From the NCBI GenBank assembly GCA_965221375.1, contig OZ244883.1, forward strand, positions 64,071 through 128,070: 64,000 nucleotides of DNA, read 5' to 3'. Shown here in pieces: positions 56,707-64,000 of the stretch. The translations under genes and the position numbers were made by a program. Below the pieces are notes generated by a model. That model worked only from the letters and a program-made list of their open reading frames with translations. It was not told the DNA's origin and searched no databases. The DNA comes from an uncultured candidatus Porisulfidus sp. (GTDB taxonomy: Bacteria > Pseudomonadota > Gammaproteobacteria > Poriferisulfidales > Poriferisulfidaceae). Numbering within the stretch: the first letter of the stretch is position 1; each line of letters opens with the position of its first letter.

Positions 56707-57524
56707 AACGCGACGATCCGGCGTAATTGGTGAATGCCCAAAGCAAAAATCGGCGCGGCTGCCAGTAGACCGTCAATACGATCCAAGACGCCGCCATGAC
56801 CCGGCAACAGGGTGCCACTGTCTTTCACACTTGCGCGGCGCTTGAGCAGACTTTCCGTCAAATCGCCCACCACACTGAAACAGGCCGTCAAAACCATCAG
56901 ACAACTCAAGTAAAACCATGCCGCCATCGGTGCTCCCAGCAGCCAGGCGGCCGGGACGCTCAAAATCGCCACCGTGACCAAGGCGCCGACCAGGCCGGCC
57001 CGAGTTTTGCCCGGGGAGATTTCCGGAGCCAGAGGCGTGCGTCCATAGCGACGACCGACCGCATAGGCGGCCGTATCCGCCACAATCACCACCGCCAATA
57101 ATGCCAGAATCCAAGACACCGAAAAACTCACCAGAATCAGGCAGGTCAGAGGAATCGCACCGATTCCCACAATCCCCAGCAAAAGCATATCCGAGGTGTC
57201 GTTATAGGCCCAGGCGATAATCCGCAGCAGAGCGAGCGCCCACAACCCGGTCACGCTCCACAAAACCCAGGCTTCGATTATCTCCCCGGATGCAGACGCC
57301 ACCAAAGCGCCTGCCAACAGAATCCCGCCGAGCACGTAAGCCCCGCGTTGGATGCCGCGAAGTTGCAGCAAAGAGGACCATTCCCAAAGCGCCAGCAGAC
57401 CGCCGACCGCCACCAGCAGGCGCCACGGCCATTCGCTGAGACTCCAAGCCTGCGCCGCCAGTGCGGCAAACACCAGTGTCAGCAGCACCGCCGCAGTGCC
57501 CAAGCGAAGCTGTAGCGTACTCAT
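56703..57524 (-). CDS. cdsA: phosphatidate cytidylyltransferase
   Basis: Multi-TM protein with a C-terminal GHGGVLDRIDG motif. Confidence 0.85.
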   Translation of the reverse strand: MSTLQLRLGTAAVLLTLVFAALAAQAWSLSEWPWRLLVAVGGLLALWEWSSLLQLRGIQRGAYVLGGILLAGALVASASGEIIEAWVLWSVTGLWALALLRIIAWAYNDTSDMLLLGIVGIGAIPLTCLILVSFSVSWILALLAVVIVADTAAYAVGRRYGRTPLAPEISPGKTRAGLVGALVTVAILSVPAAWLLGAPMAAWFYLSCLMVLTACFSVVGDLTESLLKRRASVKDSGTLLPGHGGVLDRIDGLLAAAPIFALGIHQLRRIVAL

Positions 57525-58228
57525 CCGGAACTTACTCCAAATCGCCGGTCACGTCCGGCATACCATGCCAGCGCCTGATCAAATGCCCCCTCATCAAAAT
57601 CCGGCCACAAGCAATCCGAGAAGTACAGTTCAGTATACGCCAACTGCCATAACAGAAAATTACTCAGGCGCTGCTCTCCGCCGGTGCGGATCAGCAAATC
57701 CGGATCCGGCAAATCCGCCGTGTCCAGTGCGGCTGAAATTGCGTCCTCGGACAACGGCGTCTGATGCTCGCTGCAGCGCTCGAAGGCGCGCAACAGATCC
57801 TGCCGTCCACCGTAATGCACCGCCAGACACACCGTCATCGTAATCGTCTCGGGGACCTGCTCCTCCATGACACGCATCTGCGCCCGCAGGTCGGAAGAAA
57901 ACCGCCCCTGCTCCCCAATAAATCGCAGCCGAACTCCCTGCTCGCGCAACTCGTCAGCATACGTGCGCAAGCCTTCCGCCATCAGGGACAGCAGCAACTG
58001 CACCTGAGGCCGCGGCCGTTGCCAGTTTTCGCTGCTGAACGTATACAGCGTCAAGACTTGGATGCCGCTTTGCGCGGCATGGCGAATGATGCGGCGCGCC
58101 GCCTCCATGCCGGCCCGATAAGCCGTTTCATGGGTTTTCTTGCACTGCCGCGCCCAACGGCGATTGCCGTCCATGATCAGCGCCACGTGAGTCGGGAGCT
58201 CGTGACGCGCCGGAGAGGAACTGCGCAC
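57521..58228 (-). CDS. uppS: undecaprenyl diphosphate synthase
   Basis: HVALIMDGNRRWA motif. Confidence 0.9.
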   Translation of the reverse strand: MRSSSPARHELPTHVALIMDGNRRWARQCKKTHETAYRAGMEAARRIIRHAAQSGIQVLTLYTFSSENWQRPRPQVQLLLSLMAEGLRTYADELREQGVRLRFIGEQGRFSSDLRAQMRVMEEQVPETITMTVCLAVHYGGRQDLLRAFERCSEHQTPLSEDAISAALDTADLPDPDLLIRTGGEQRLSNFLLWQLAYTELYFSDCLWPDFDEGAFDQALAWYAGRDRRFGVSSG

Positions 58229-58242
58229 CTGTTTGGGGTCGT

Positions 58243-58800
58243 TTAGATTTCCAGCAAGGCCTGTTCTTTGTCGGAGGCCATGGCTTCCGCATCGTGAACC
58301 GCGTCGTCGGTCAGCTTCTGCACCTGCTGCTGGGCCTGATGTTCCTCGTCTTCACTGATTTCTTTCTCCTTGAGCAGATCCTTGAGCATTTGATTCGCAT
58401 CACGGCGCACATTGCGAATGGATACGCGCGCCTCTTCCAGGGTCTCCCTCACCACCCGCACCTGCTCGCGACGGCGCTCCTCGGTCAAAGGCGGCATCGG
58501 CAGACGTACAACTTGTCCGGCCGTGGTCGGCGTAATTCCGAGACTGGAATCCAGCAACGCCTTCTCGACTTCCTCCACAATGTTTTTCTCCCACACCTGC
58601 ACTACCAGCGTGCGGCCTTCCTCGACGGTAACGGTGCCGACTTGCGAGATTGGGGTCTCCACTCCGTAATACTGCACCTTGATCGGGTCCAACAGGCTGG
58701 GGTGGGCGCGACCGGTGCGGATGCGGGTCAGCGCTTCCCCCAATACGCTGAGGCTTTTCTTCATGCGCATACGCGCGTCTTCCATAATCTCTTCAAGCAT
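58243..58800 (-). CDS. frr: ribosome recycling factor
   Basis: [38 protein letters not shown]...; start at 58800, not the longer in-frame extension. Confidence 0.9.
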   Translation of the reverse strand: MLEEIMEDARMRMKKSLSVLGEALTRIRTGRAHPSLLDPIKVQYYGVETPISQVGTVTVEEGRTLVVQVWEKNIVEEVEKALLDSSLGITPTTAGQVVRLPMPPLTEERRREQVRVVRETLEEARVSIRNVRRDANQMLKDLLKEKEISEDEEHQAQQQVQKLTDDAVHDAEAMASDKEQALLEI

Positions 58801-59524
58801 GAGCCGCCTCCGTACTGACGAGGGTGCCGACGGCCTCCCCTTGGACCAAACGCAGCAGCGCGCCTTCTTCAAACACGTTGAACACCCGCACCGGAATGCG
58901 GTTGTCGCGGCATAGCACCAACGCGGTGGAGTCCATTACTCCCAGTTTGCGCTGCAGGGCCTCGTCGTAGTCAATGTGCTCGAAGCGCTGGGCCTCGGGA
59001 TCACGCATCGGGTCTGTGGAATACACCCCATCGACTTTGGTGGCCTTCAGCAGGATGTCGGCATTAATCTCAACCGCCCGCAGGCTGGCCGCTGAATCGG
59101 TAGTGAAAAACGGGTTGCCGGTGCCGGTGGCGAATACCACCAGACGTCCTTTCTCCAAATGCCGGATGGCGCGGCGGCGAATGTAACTTTCACACATCTG
59201 TGGCACCGGAATCGCCGACATCACCCGGCAGGCTACTCCCTCATGCTGCTCCACCGCCTCCTGCAGTGCCAGCGCATTAATCAGAGTGCCCAGCATGCCC
59301 ATATGATCGCCCGTCACCCGGTCCAGACCGGCGGCTTCCAGGCCTTCACCCCGAAAAATGTTGCCGCCCCCGACGACCACTGCGATCTGTACGCCCTGTT
59401 CCCGCGCCGTCACCAGCGCCGCGGCCACATGACGCACCCGCTCGGGGTCGATGCCGTACGCCTGCGCCCCCATTAACGCCTCGCCGCTCAATTTCAGGAG
59501 GATGCGGCGATAGGCGACAGCCAT
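58793..59524 (-). CDS. pyrH: UMP kinase
   Basis: [11 protein letters not shown] and [10 protein letters not shown] motifs. Confidence 0.9.
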   Translation of the reverse strand: MAVAYRRILLKLSGEALMGAQAYGIDPERVRHVAAALVTAREQGVQIAVVVGGGNIFRGEGLEAAGLDRVTGDHMGMLGTLINALALQEAVEQHEGVACRVMSAIPVPQMCESYIRRRAIRHLEKGRLVVFATGTGNPFFTTDSAASLRAVEINADILLKATKVDGVYSTDPMRDPEAQRFEHIDYDEALQRKLGVMDSTALVLCRDNRIPVRVFNVFEEGALLRLVQGEAVGTLVSTEAAHA

Positions 59525-59536
59525 GAGAAAATCCGG

Positions 59537-60439
59537 TTAGTGTCCTTCAGCCTGGGCGCGTACTTCTTCGGCGAAGTTGGACTGTTTCTTCTCAATCCCT
59601 TCGCCCACTTCCAGGCGCACAAAACCCTTGACGGTCGCCCCGTTGGACTTGACCAACTGATCGACCGTCTGATCGGGGTCCTTGACGAACGACTGGCCCA
59701 GCAAGGTAATTTCGCTCAGATACTTGCGCAAACGACCCTCGACAATCTTCTCGATGATTTCGGCCGGCTTGTTGGAGTCCTGCGCCTGCGCGGTCAACAC
59801 GCTGCGCTCTTTCTCCAATACCTCGGCAGGCACATCCGCCTCACCCACGCACATCGGCTGTGACGCCGCCACATGCATGGCCAGATCGCGAGCCAACTCC
59901 ATTTCGCCTTCCAGTGCGACCACCGCGCCGATCCGGCGGCCATGCAGATAGCAGCCCAACACGCCTCCTTCGGCATCCATACGCTGCATCCGTCGCACTT
60001 GGATGTTCTCACCCAGACGACCAATCAGAGCCTGACGCTTGTCATCAAAGGTCCCATCGTCGGTCGCGTGTCCCATCAAGGTCTCCACATCGCTGATGTT
60101 CTCCTGCAGCGCCGCATCCGCACAGGCTTGCGCGAAGGCCAGAAAATCTGCCTCTTTCGCCACAAAGTCGGTTTCGCTGTTGACCTCCAGCAGCAGGGCG
60201 CTGGAGCCGTCCGACGTGCGAGCCAACGCCAGTGAGCCCTCAGCCGCGGTGCGGCCTGATTTTCGGTCCGCCTGCATCTGCCCAGTCTTGCGCAAATGCA
60301 GAACCGCTGCTTCCAGGTCGCCTTCGCAGGCCACCAAAGCACGCTTGCATTCCATCATGCCCACACCGGTGCGGGTACGCAGTTCCTTGACTAGTTGCGC
60401 CGTAATTTCCATGGCCAATTTTTTCTCAACTCCTGACAA
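59537..60439 (-). CDS. tsf: elongation factor Ts
   Basis: N-terminal ITAQLVKELRTRTGVGMMECKRAL, the UBA-like EF-Ts N-terminal domain. Confidence 0.9.
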   Translation of the reverse strand: MSGVEKKLAMEITAQLVKELRTRTGVGMMECKRALVACEGDLEAAVLHLRKTGQMQADRKSGRTAAEGSLALARTSDGSSALLLEVNSETDFVAKEADFLAFAQACADAALQENISDVETLMGHATDDGTFDDKRQALIGRLGENIQVRRMQRMDAEGGVLGCYLHGRRIGAVVALEGEMELARDLAMHVAASQPMCVGEADVPAEVLEKERSVLTAQAQDSNKPAEIIEKIVEGRLRKYLSEITLLGQSFVKDPDQTVDQLVKSNGATVKGFVRLEVGEGIEKKQSNFAEEVRAQAEGH

Positions 60440-60456
60440 TGATTTAAGGGGTGTCT

Positions 60457-61491
60457 TTATTTCTCAGTGGCGGCTTCTTCCGATTCCGCAGCCTCCTCCG
60501 GCTCGGGATCTTCAGTCGCACTCTCCTCAGCCGCTTCCGCCTCGGGAGTCTCAGCTGCAGTTTCCTCTACCGCTTCCGGTTCGGAAGCCTCAGCCACAGT
60601 TTCTTCAGCGGCTTCCGCCTCAGGGGCCTCAGGCGCGCTTTCCTCTACGGCTTCCGGCTCGGAAACCTCAGGTGCACTTTCCTCTGCAGGAGCCGCCTCT
60701 TCCTCCGACTGCTCGGCGCTGGATGCGGCATGCAGTGTCGGTCGGCGGCCTTTACGGCGGACCGGAGTCTCACGTGCCACCGGTTCCGCCACGGTGCCGG
60801 TGACCCGGGCCTGCTCGCGACCTTCCTGAATCGCCTTGCAGACCAAATCCATATATAGGCGAATGGAACAAATCGCATCGTCGTTCCCCGGGATGACGCA
60901 ATCAATGCCTTCGATGGAACTGTTGCTGTCGACCACGGCAATCACCGGAATATTCAGGCGCTGGGCTTCACGCACTGCGATGCTTTCGTGGCGCACATCA
61001 ATGACGAACAGGGCATCCGGCAAGCGCTCCATTTCCTGAATGCCGCCCAGGCTGCGCTCCAGTTTGTATTTCTCGCGCGTCATGCGTAGCGCTTCCTTCT
61101 TGCTGATGCGCGCCATCAGGTTCTCGGCTTCCATACGCTTGAGATCCTGCAGACGTTTGAGCGAATTGCGCACCGTGTGGAAATTGGTCAAGGTGCCGCC
61201 CAGCCAGCGCTGGGCCACAAACGGCGCTCCGCATTCGCGCGCTTTTTCGCGCACGATATCCTGTGCGGCGCGCTTGGTGCCGACCAGGAGGATGGTTTTG
61301 CCGTCGGCGGCCAACTGGCGCACGCGCTCGACGGCTTCATCCAGCAACTGCTGGGTGACTTCCAGGTTGATAATATGAATTTTGTTGCGCTCGCCGAAGA
61401 TATACGGCTTCATACTGGGATTCCAGTAACGGGTCTGATGCCCGAAATGGACTCCCGCCTGCAACAGTTCACGCAAGGTGGCGCTTGGCAT
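60457..61491 (-). CDS. rpsB: 30S ribosomal protein S2 with a roughly 100 aa acidic Ala/Glu/Pro-rich C-terminal extension
   Basis: [25 protein letters not shown]... conserved core, then a tail of repeated EAxEEx/PEA units. Start set at 61491. Confidence 0.85.
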   Translation of the reverse strand: MPSATLRELLQAGVHFGHQTRYWNPSMKPYIFGERNKIHIINLEVTQQLLDEAVERVRQLAADGKTILLVGTKRAAQDIVREKARECGAPFVAQRWLGGTLTNFHTVRNSLKRLQDLKRMEAENLMARISKKEALRMTREKYKLERSLGGIQEMERLPDALFVIDVRHESIAVREAQRLNIPVIAVVDSNSSIEGIDCVIPGNDDAICSIRLYMDLVCKAIQEGREQARVTGTVAEPVARETPVRRKGRRPTLHAASSAEQSEEEAAPAEESAPEVSEPEAVEESAPEAPEAEAAEETVAEASEPEAVEETAAETPEAEAAEESATEDPEPEEAAESEEAATEK

Positions 61492-61862
61492 AGCGGCCCT
61501 CCGAATGGCGGCGCCGGCTTGTCTGCTGCCGACTCCCGCATGGGTTTTCAAAACTTGTCCGAATCCCGGACGGCGACCCGTTCTGGGCACCCTGCCGTCC
61601 GCGCCAATCCGAACGCGGATTTACAGAACTTATTCTGCGGGCGCGTATTTTACACCAGGCAGCGAGTCCGAAAGGCAACTAGCCGCGAAATCTTCAGGAC
61701 GCCTCCGTCAAAGCCGTTCTGCAACAAACCACTTTTCCCCCGACGAAGTGGGCCACATGAAAACCACAATCCTCCGTTACCGGAATCATCATCTCCGCCA
61801 AGAACGCATCGCGCTGACATCGTCCAATAATGAGCGGTATCAACCGCAGCCAAGAAAAATAA

Positions 61863-63479
61863 TCAGTCTTTCAGGTTTTCGGACAAGTCGCCGAATAAGC
61901 CCTCCACAAACTTGAATGCCTCGTTGTTTTCCACAAGAAGCTTCCGCACCGCATTCTCGTAAGTTCTCTTATCTTGAAATTTTAGAGCTTTTGTAATAGC
62001 ACTTAAGGCTCCTGATTCCCGCACAGGCCATTTAGCCAGAATTTCCTTCCAGTCGTGATTCTCAACAGCCTTTTCAAGTTCTCTCTCACTCTGTGCAAGA
62101 ATATTTTCCGCATCGGTCTCAAGGCTTATTGATTGATCTCTGAGAAGATCATAATCGTTCGAAATTTGCTCGTTGATTCGTTTTCGAATTAATCTATTGG
62201 CTACTTTTTTGCTCAAGTGCCCAATATGGTTTTTGATGGCAGCGATGCCCACTGCCTCGGCCCGCTTAGTCAAATCTGAAGCGTCTTCTCCGCATACAGC
62301 GGCTTGTCGCTCAGCAATCCATTCGATAATTTTCGGATGAAAGTAAATTGCTTCAACCGAGTAAAACGGTAGCACATAGATTCCTCGCTCACGCTTCTCC
62401 TGCATTTGCTCTGGCGCATACCCGTCTCCATCAATAATCCCAAACACTTGAAGCCAATTGAAACGTTCCACCGCACCTCCACCCCGCACAGCACGCTCAA
62501 CGTCACGGCAACTGTCTTTTGCGATTACGGACGCCGTTGGAAAGATGAGACTATAGAGCGACTTGTCCAAACTACTTTCCTTTCCTTCCACAAACAAGAT
62601 TTTTCTTCTCGCACCAAGCAGGTCGTGCTTGAAATCATCATCTATCTCGGCATCCTTCGCAAGTTCATCTACGTCCCAAGACCAGACGCCTTGATCATTA
62701 CATGTGCACGACCGAAGAAGGAAAACTCGCGCACCATCGACTCCCAATGGCAAATGGTGGTCATGAGTCGACACTATGAATCCGCAATCTCTCCGCTTCT
62801 CAAATAGTTGACTAAGCAGTGGTGAAATTATGGAACGATGTAAGTGTCTCTCTGGCTCGTCGATAATCAAGAGCGTATCGGCAGGAGCAGTTAGGACGCT
62901 ACCTGCTATCAGCAAAACGTTTCGTTCACCATCCGATAGCTTATCCACGCCATATTTAGGCCCCCCATTCTTACTCGCCATTAGGTGATCGTCCTCTTCG
63001 ATGCTGATAGTAATCAACAAATTGGACTGTCTAAATAGTTCATTGAGATCGGCAATCGGTCCCTCTGCTTTCGCAACTTCTTTTGCTGCGTTTATATCGT
63101 CATTTTCAACCAATGTTTTAACGCGCCTTCCTATCCCAGTATCCTTTTTGATGAGATCATAGATTACCTTGCTTATGCGCTGCGCTGCGTATGCATCACG
63201 ATAGCGGGACTGCGTCCCAAGATCTTCGCTTCGAATGTTATCCTCGATTTGCGTTTTCATTGAGGGAGTTATTTCCAACGCGTCCGTTCGCATCCATATT
63301 TGGCGATGGGCTGATATTTTTATTGTTTTTTTATCTTTTTGTTTAGCGATGCGAGACATCAAACCCGACTTGCCAGTGCCGTTAGCACCGAGAACAAATA
63401 ACATCTCCCCAACTTCCAGTTGGCGTTCCAATGTTTCACCATTTGGGGTTGGAAATTTGAGATCAAAGGTCATCGTCAC
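61863..63479 (-). CDS. ABC-type ATPase fused to a DUF4435 / Toprim-like domain (OLD, PARIS or AbiL-like single-gene fusion)
   Basis: Walker A GANGTGKS, signature-like LSDGER, Walker B LLIIDEPERHLH and an H-loop STHD. The C-terminal half ...ILFVEGKESSLDK...GIIDGDG... is Toprim-like. GC is about 45%. Confidence 0.55.
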   Translation of the reverse strand: MTMTFDLKFPTPNGETLERQLEVGEMLFVLGANGTGKSGLMSRIAKQKDKKTIKISAHRQIWMRTDALEITPSMKTQIEDNIRSEDLGTQSRYRDAYAAQRISKVIYDLIKKDTGIGRRVKTLVENDDINAAKEVAKAEGPIADLNELFRQSNLLITISIEEDDHLMASKNGGPKYGVDKLSDGERNVLLIAGSVLTAPADTLLIIDEPERHLHRSIISPLLSQLFEKRRDCGFIVSTHDHHLPLGVDGARVFLLRSCTCNDQGVWSWDVDELAKDAEIDDDFKHDLLGARRKILFVEGKESSLDKSLYSLIFPTASVIAKDSCRDVERAVRGGGAVERFNWLQVFGIIDGDGYAPEQMQEKRERGIYVLPFYSVEAIYFHPKIIEWIAERQAAVCGEDASDLTKRAEAVGIAAIKNHIGHLSKKVANRLIRKRINEQISNDYDLLRDQSISLETDAENILAQSERELEKAVENHDWKEILAKWPVRESGALSAITKALKFQDKRTYENAVRKLLVENNEAFKFVEGLFGDLSENLKD

Positions 63480-63639
63480 TTAACAAATATTCTTAGAACG
63501 CCAACTCGGGAACAGCGCCATAGTCTCAGCAAGGTGCCGCCTACATCATCCATACTCTCGAGGTTTATTTCACCCAAAGGCAACAAGTTCAGAATTGGGA
63601 CAACACTATCGTTTGCAGTACCGTTCATAGCCAACACTC

Positions 63640-63966
63640 CTAGGCGCAAGTATCCTTTGTAAAGGCTAAATGCCCCGCCTGCTGCACCCAATAAGGGTCA
63701 CCGTAGTGACGCCATTCCCAATGCAGGTCATCAAAACTTGCGACGCCAACCAAAATCAGCGTCAAAATCAAACCGGCCACAATGCCCATGGCCAACCCCC
63801 ACGCCACAACTACCGCCCCCAAAGCTTTCGGATAAGACGTGTCGAAAATTAATTTCGCGACCCAACCGTACAACAGCACGCCACCTACCACAAAAAGCAC
63901 GAAGTCCAACAATGCGAACAGCAATGCGACGGCTTGGGTGCCAATCCCCGCGATAATCACCCCCAT
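63640..63966 (-). CDS. hypothetical membrane protein
   Basis: 108 aa with three hydrophobic helices. Confidence 0.3.
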   Translation of the reverse strand: MGVIIAGIGTQAVALLFALLDFVLFVVGGVLLYGWVAKLIFDTSYPKALGAVVVAWGLAMGIVAGLILTLILVGVASFDDLHWEWRHYGDPYWVQQAGHLAFTKDTCA

Positions 63967-64000
63967 GGCGCGGGGAAACGTCGGTTTGGAGATGCCGACC

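Noticed and set aside
60039-60858. + strand ORFs of 254, 135 and 120 aa with Ser/Ala/Leu/Phe repeats
   Set aside because: Antisense reading of the tsf gene and the acidic repeat tail of rpsB; repetitive low-complexity artefacts.
61492-61590. N-terminal extension of rpsB ([11 protein letters not shown]...)
   Set aside because: The conserved S2 N-terminus [18 protein letters not shown] begins at the internal ATG at 61491. The extension would lie in the 5' leader.

Overview
This 64 kb window is a high-GC (about 60-62%) proteobacterial, most likely gammaproteobacterial, chromosomal segment. All calls come from reading the six-frame translations and the DNA by eye; no database search was run.

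Most of the window is conserved housekeeping operons:
- pcnB-folK-panB-panC-panD-pgi (1-6.4 kb)
- a ferredoxin-bfd-bfr iron-storage cluster, pyrC, a tRNA-Gly(CCC), plsY, bioH-bioC and cysQ
- the H+-pyrophosphatase gene hppA and gpmI
- a complete serine-cycle block sga-mcl-mtkA-mtkB-hprA-ppc (40.6-48.7 kb), which suggests a Methylococcus-like methylotroph or methanotroph
- the long conserved run lpxA-fabZ-lpxD-skp-bamA-rseP-dxr-cdsA-uppS-frr-pyrH-tsf-rpsB (49-61.5 kb)

Several lower-GC (about 43-55%) accessory insertions sit between these blocks:
1. 30.6-34.7 kb holds a tandem array of four roughly 187-bp units, each with a sigma70-like -10 box, a conserved C-rich segment of about 60 nt and an intrinsic terminator hairpin. 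The array ends 15 bp before a NYN-domain RNase gene, next to an N6-adenine-type methyltransferase and a PIF1-like helicase with a WYL-like C-terminus. This is the most unusual locus in the window. It could be a small-RNA gene family, or an RNA-repeat/RNase module with a type III toxin-antitoxin-like layout.
2. 36.1-40.6 kb is an island at the 3' end of gpmI, marked by a decayed roughly 240-bp duplicate of the gpmI 3' end. It carries a DNA methyltransferase-HNH fusion, a nucleoside 2-deoxyribosyltransferase-like (TIR-like) effector candidate and a retropepsin-like aspartic protease.
3. 61.9-63.5 kb holds a single-gene fusion of an ABC ATPase with a DUF4435 (Toprim-like) domain, of the OLD, PARIS or AbiL kind.
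4. 19.0-20.6 kb is a two-gene insertion of a membrane-associated hypothetical and a thermonuclease.

Other notable features are a five-gene, translationally coupled operon tRNA-Gly / trpD2 / sel1 / moxR / vwa-metallopeptidase / unknown, and a partial type IVb-like pilus locus (pilin, prepilin peptidase, lipoprotein secretin, a bitopic membrane protein and a PptA-like sulfatase-family membrane protein).
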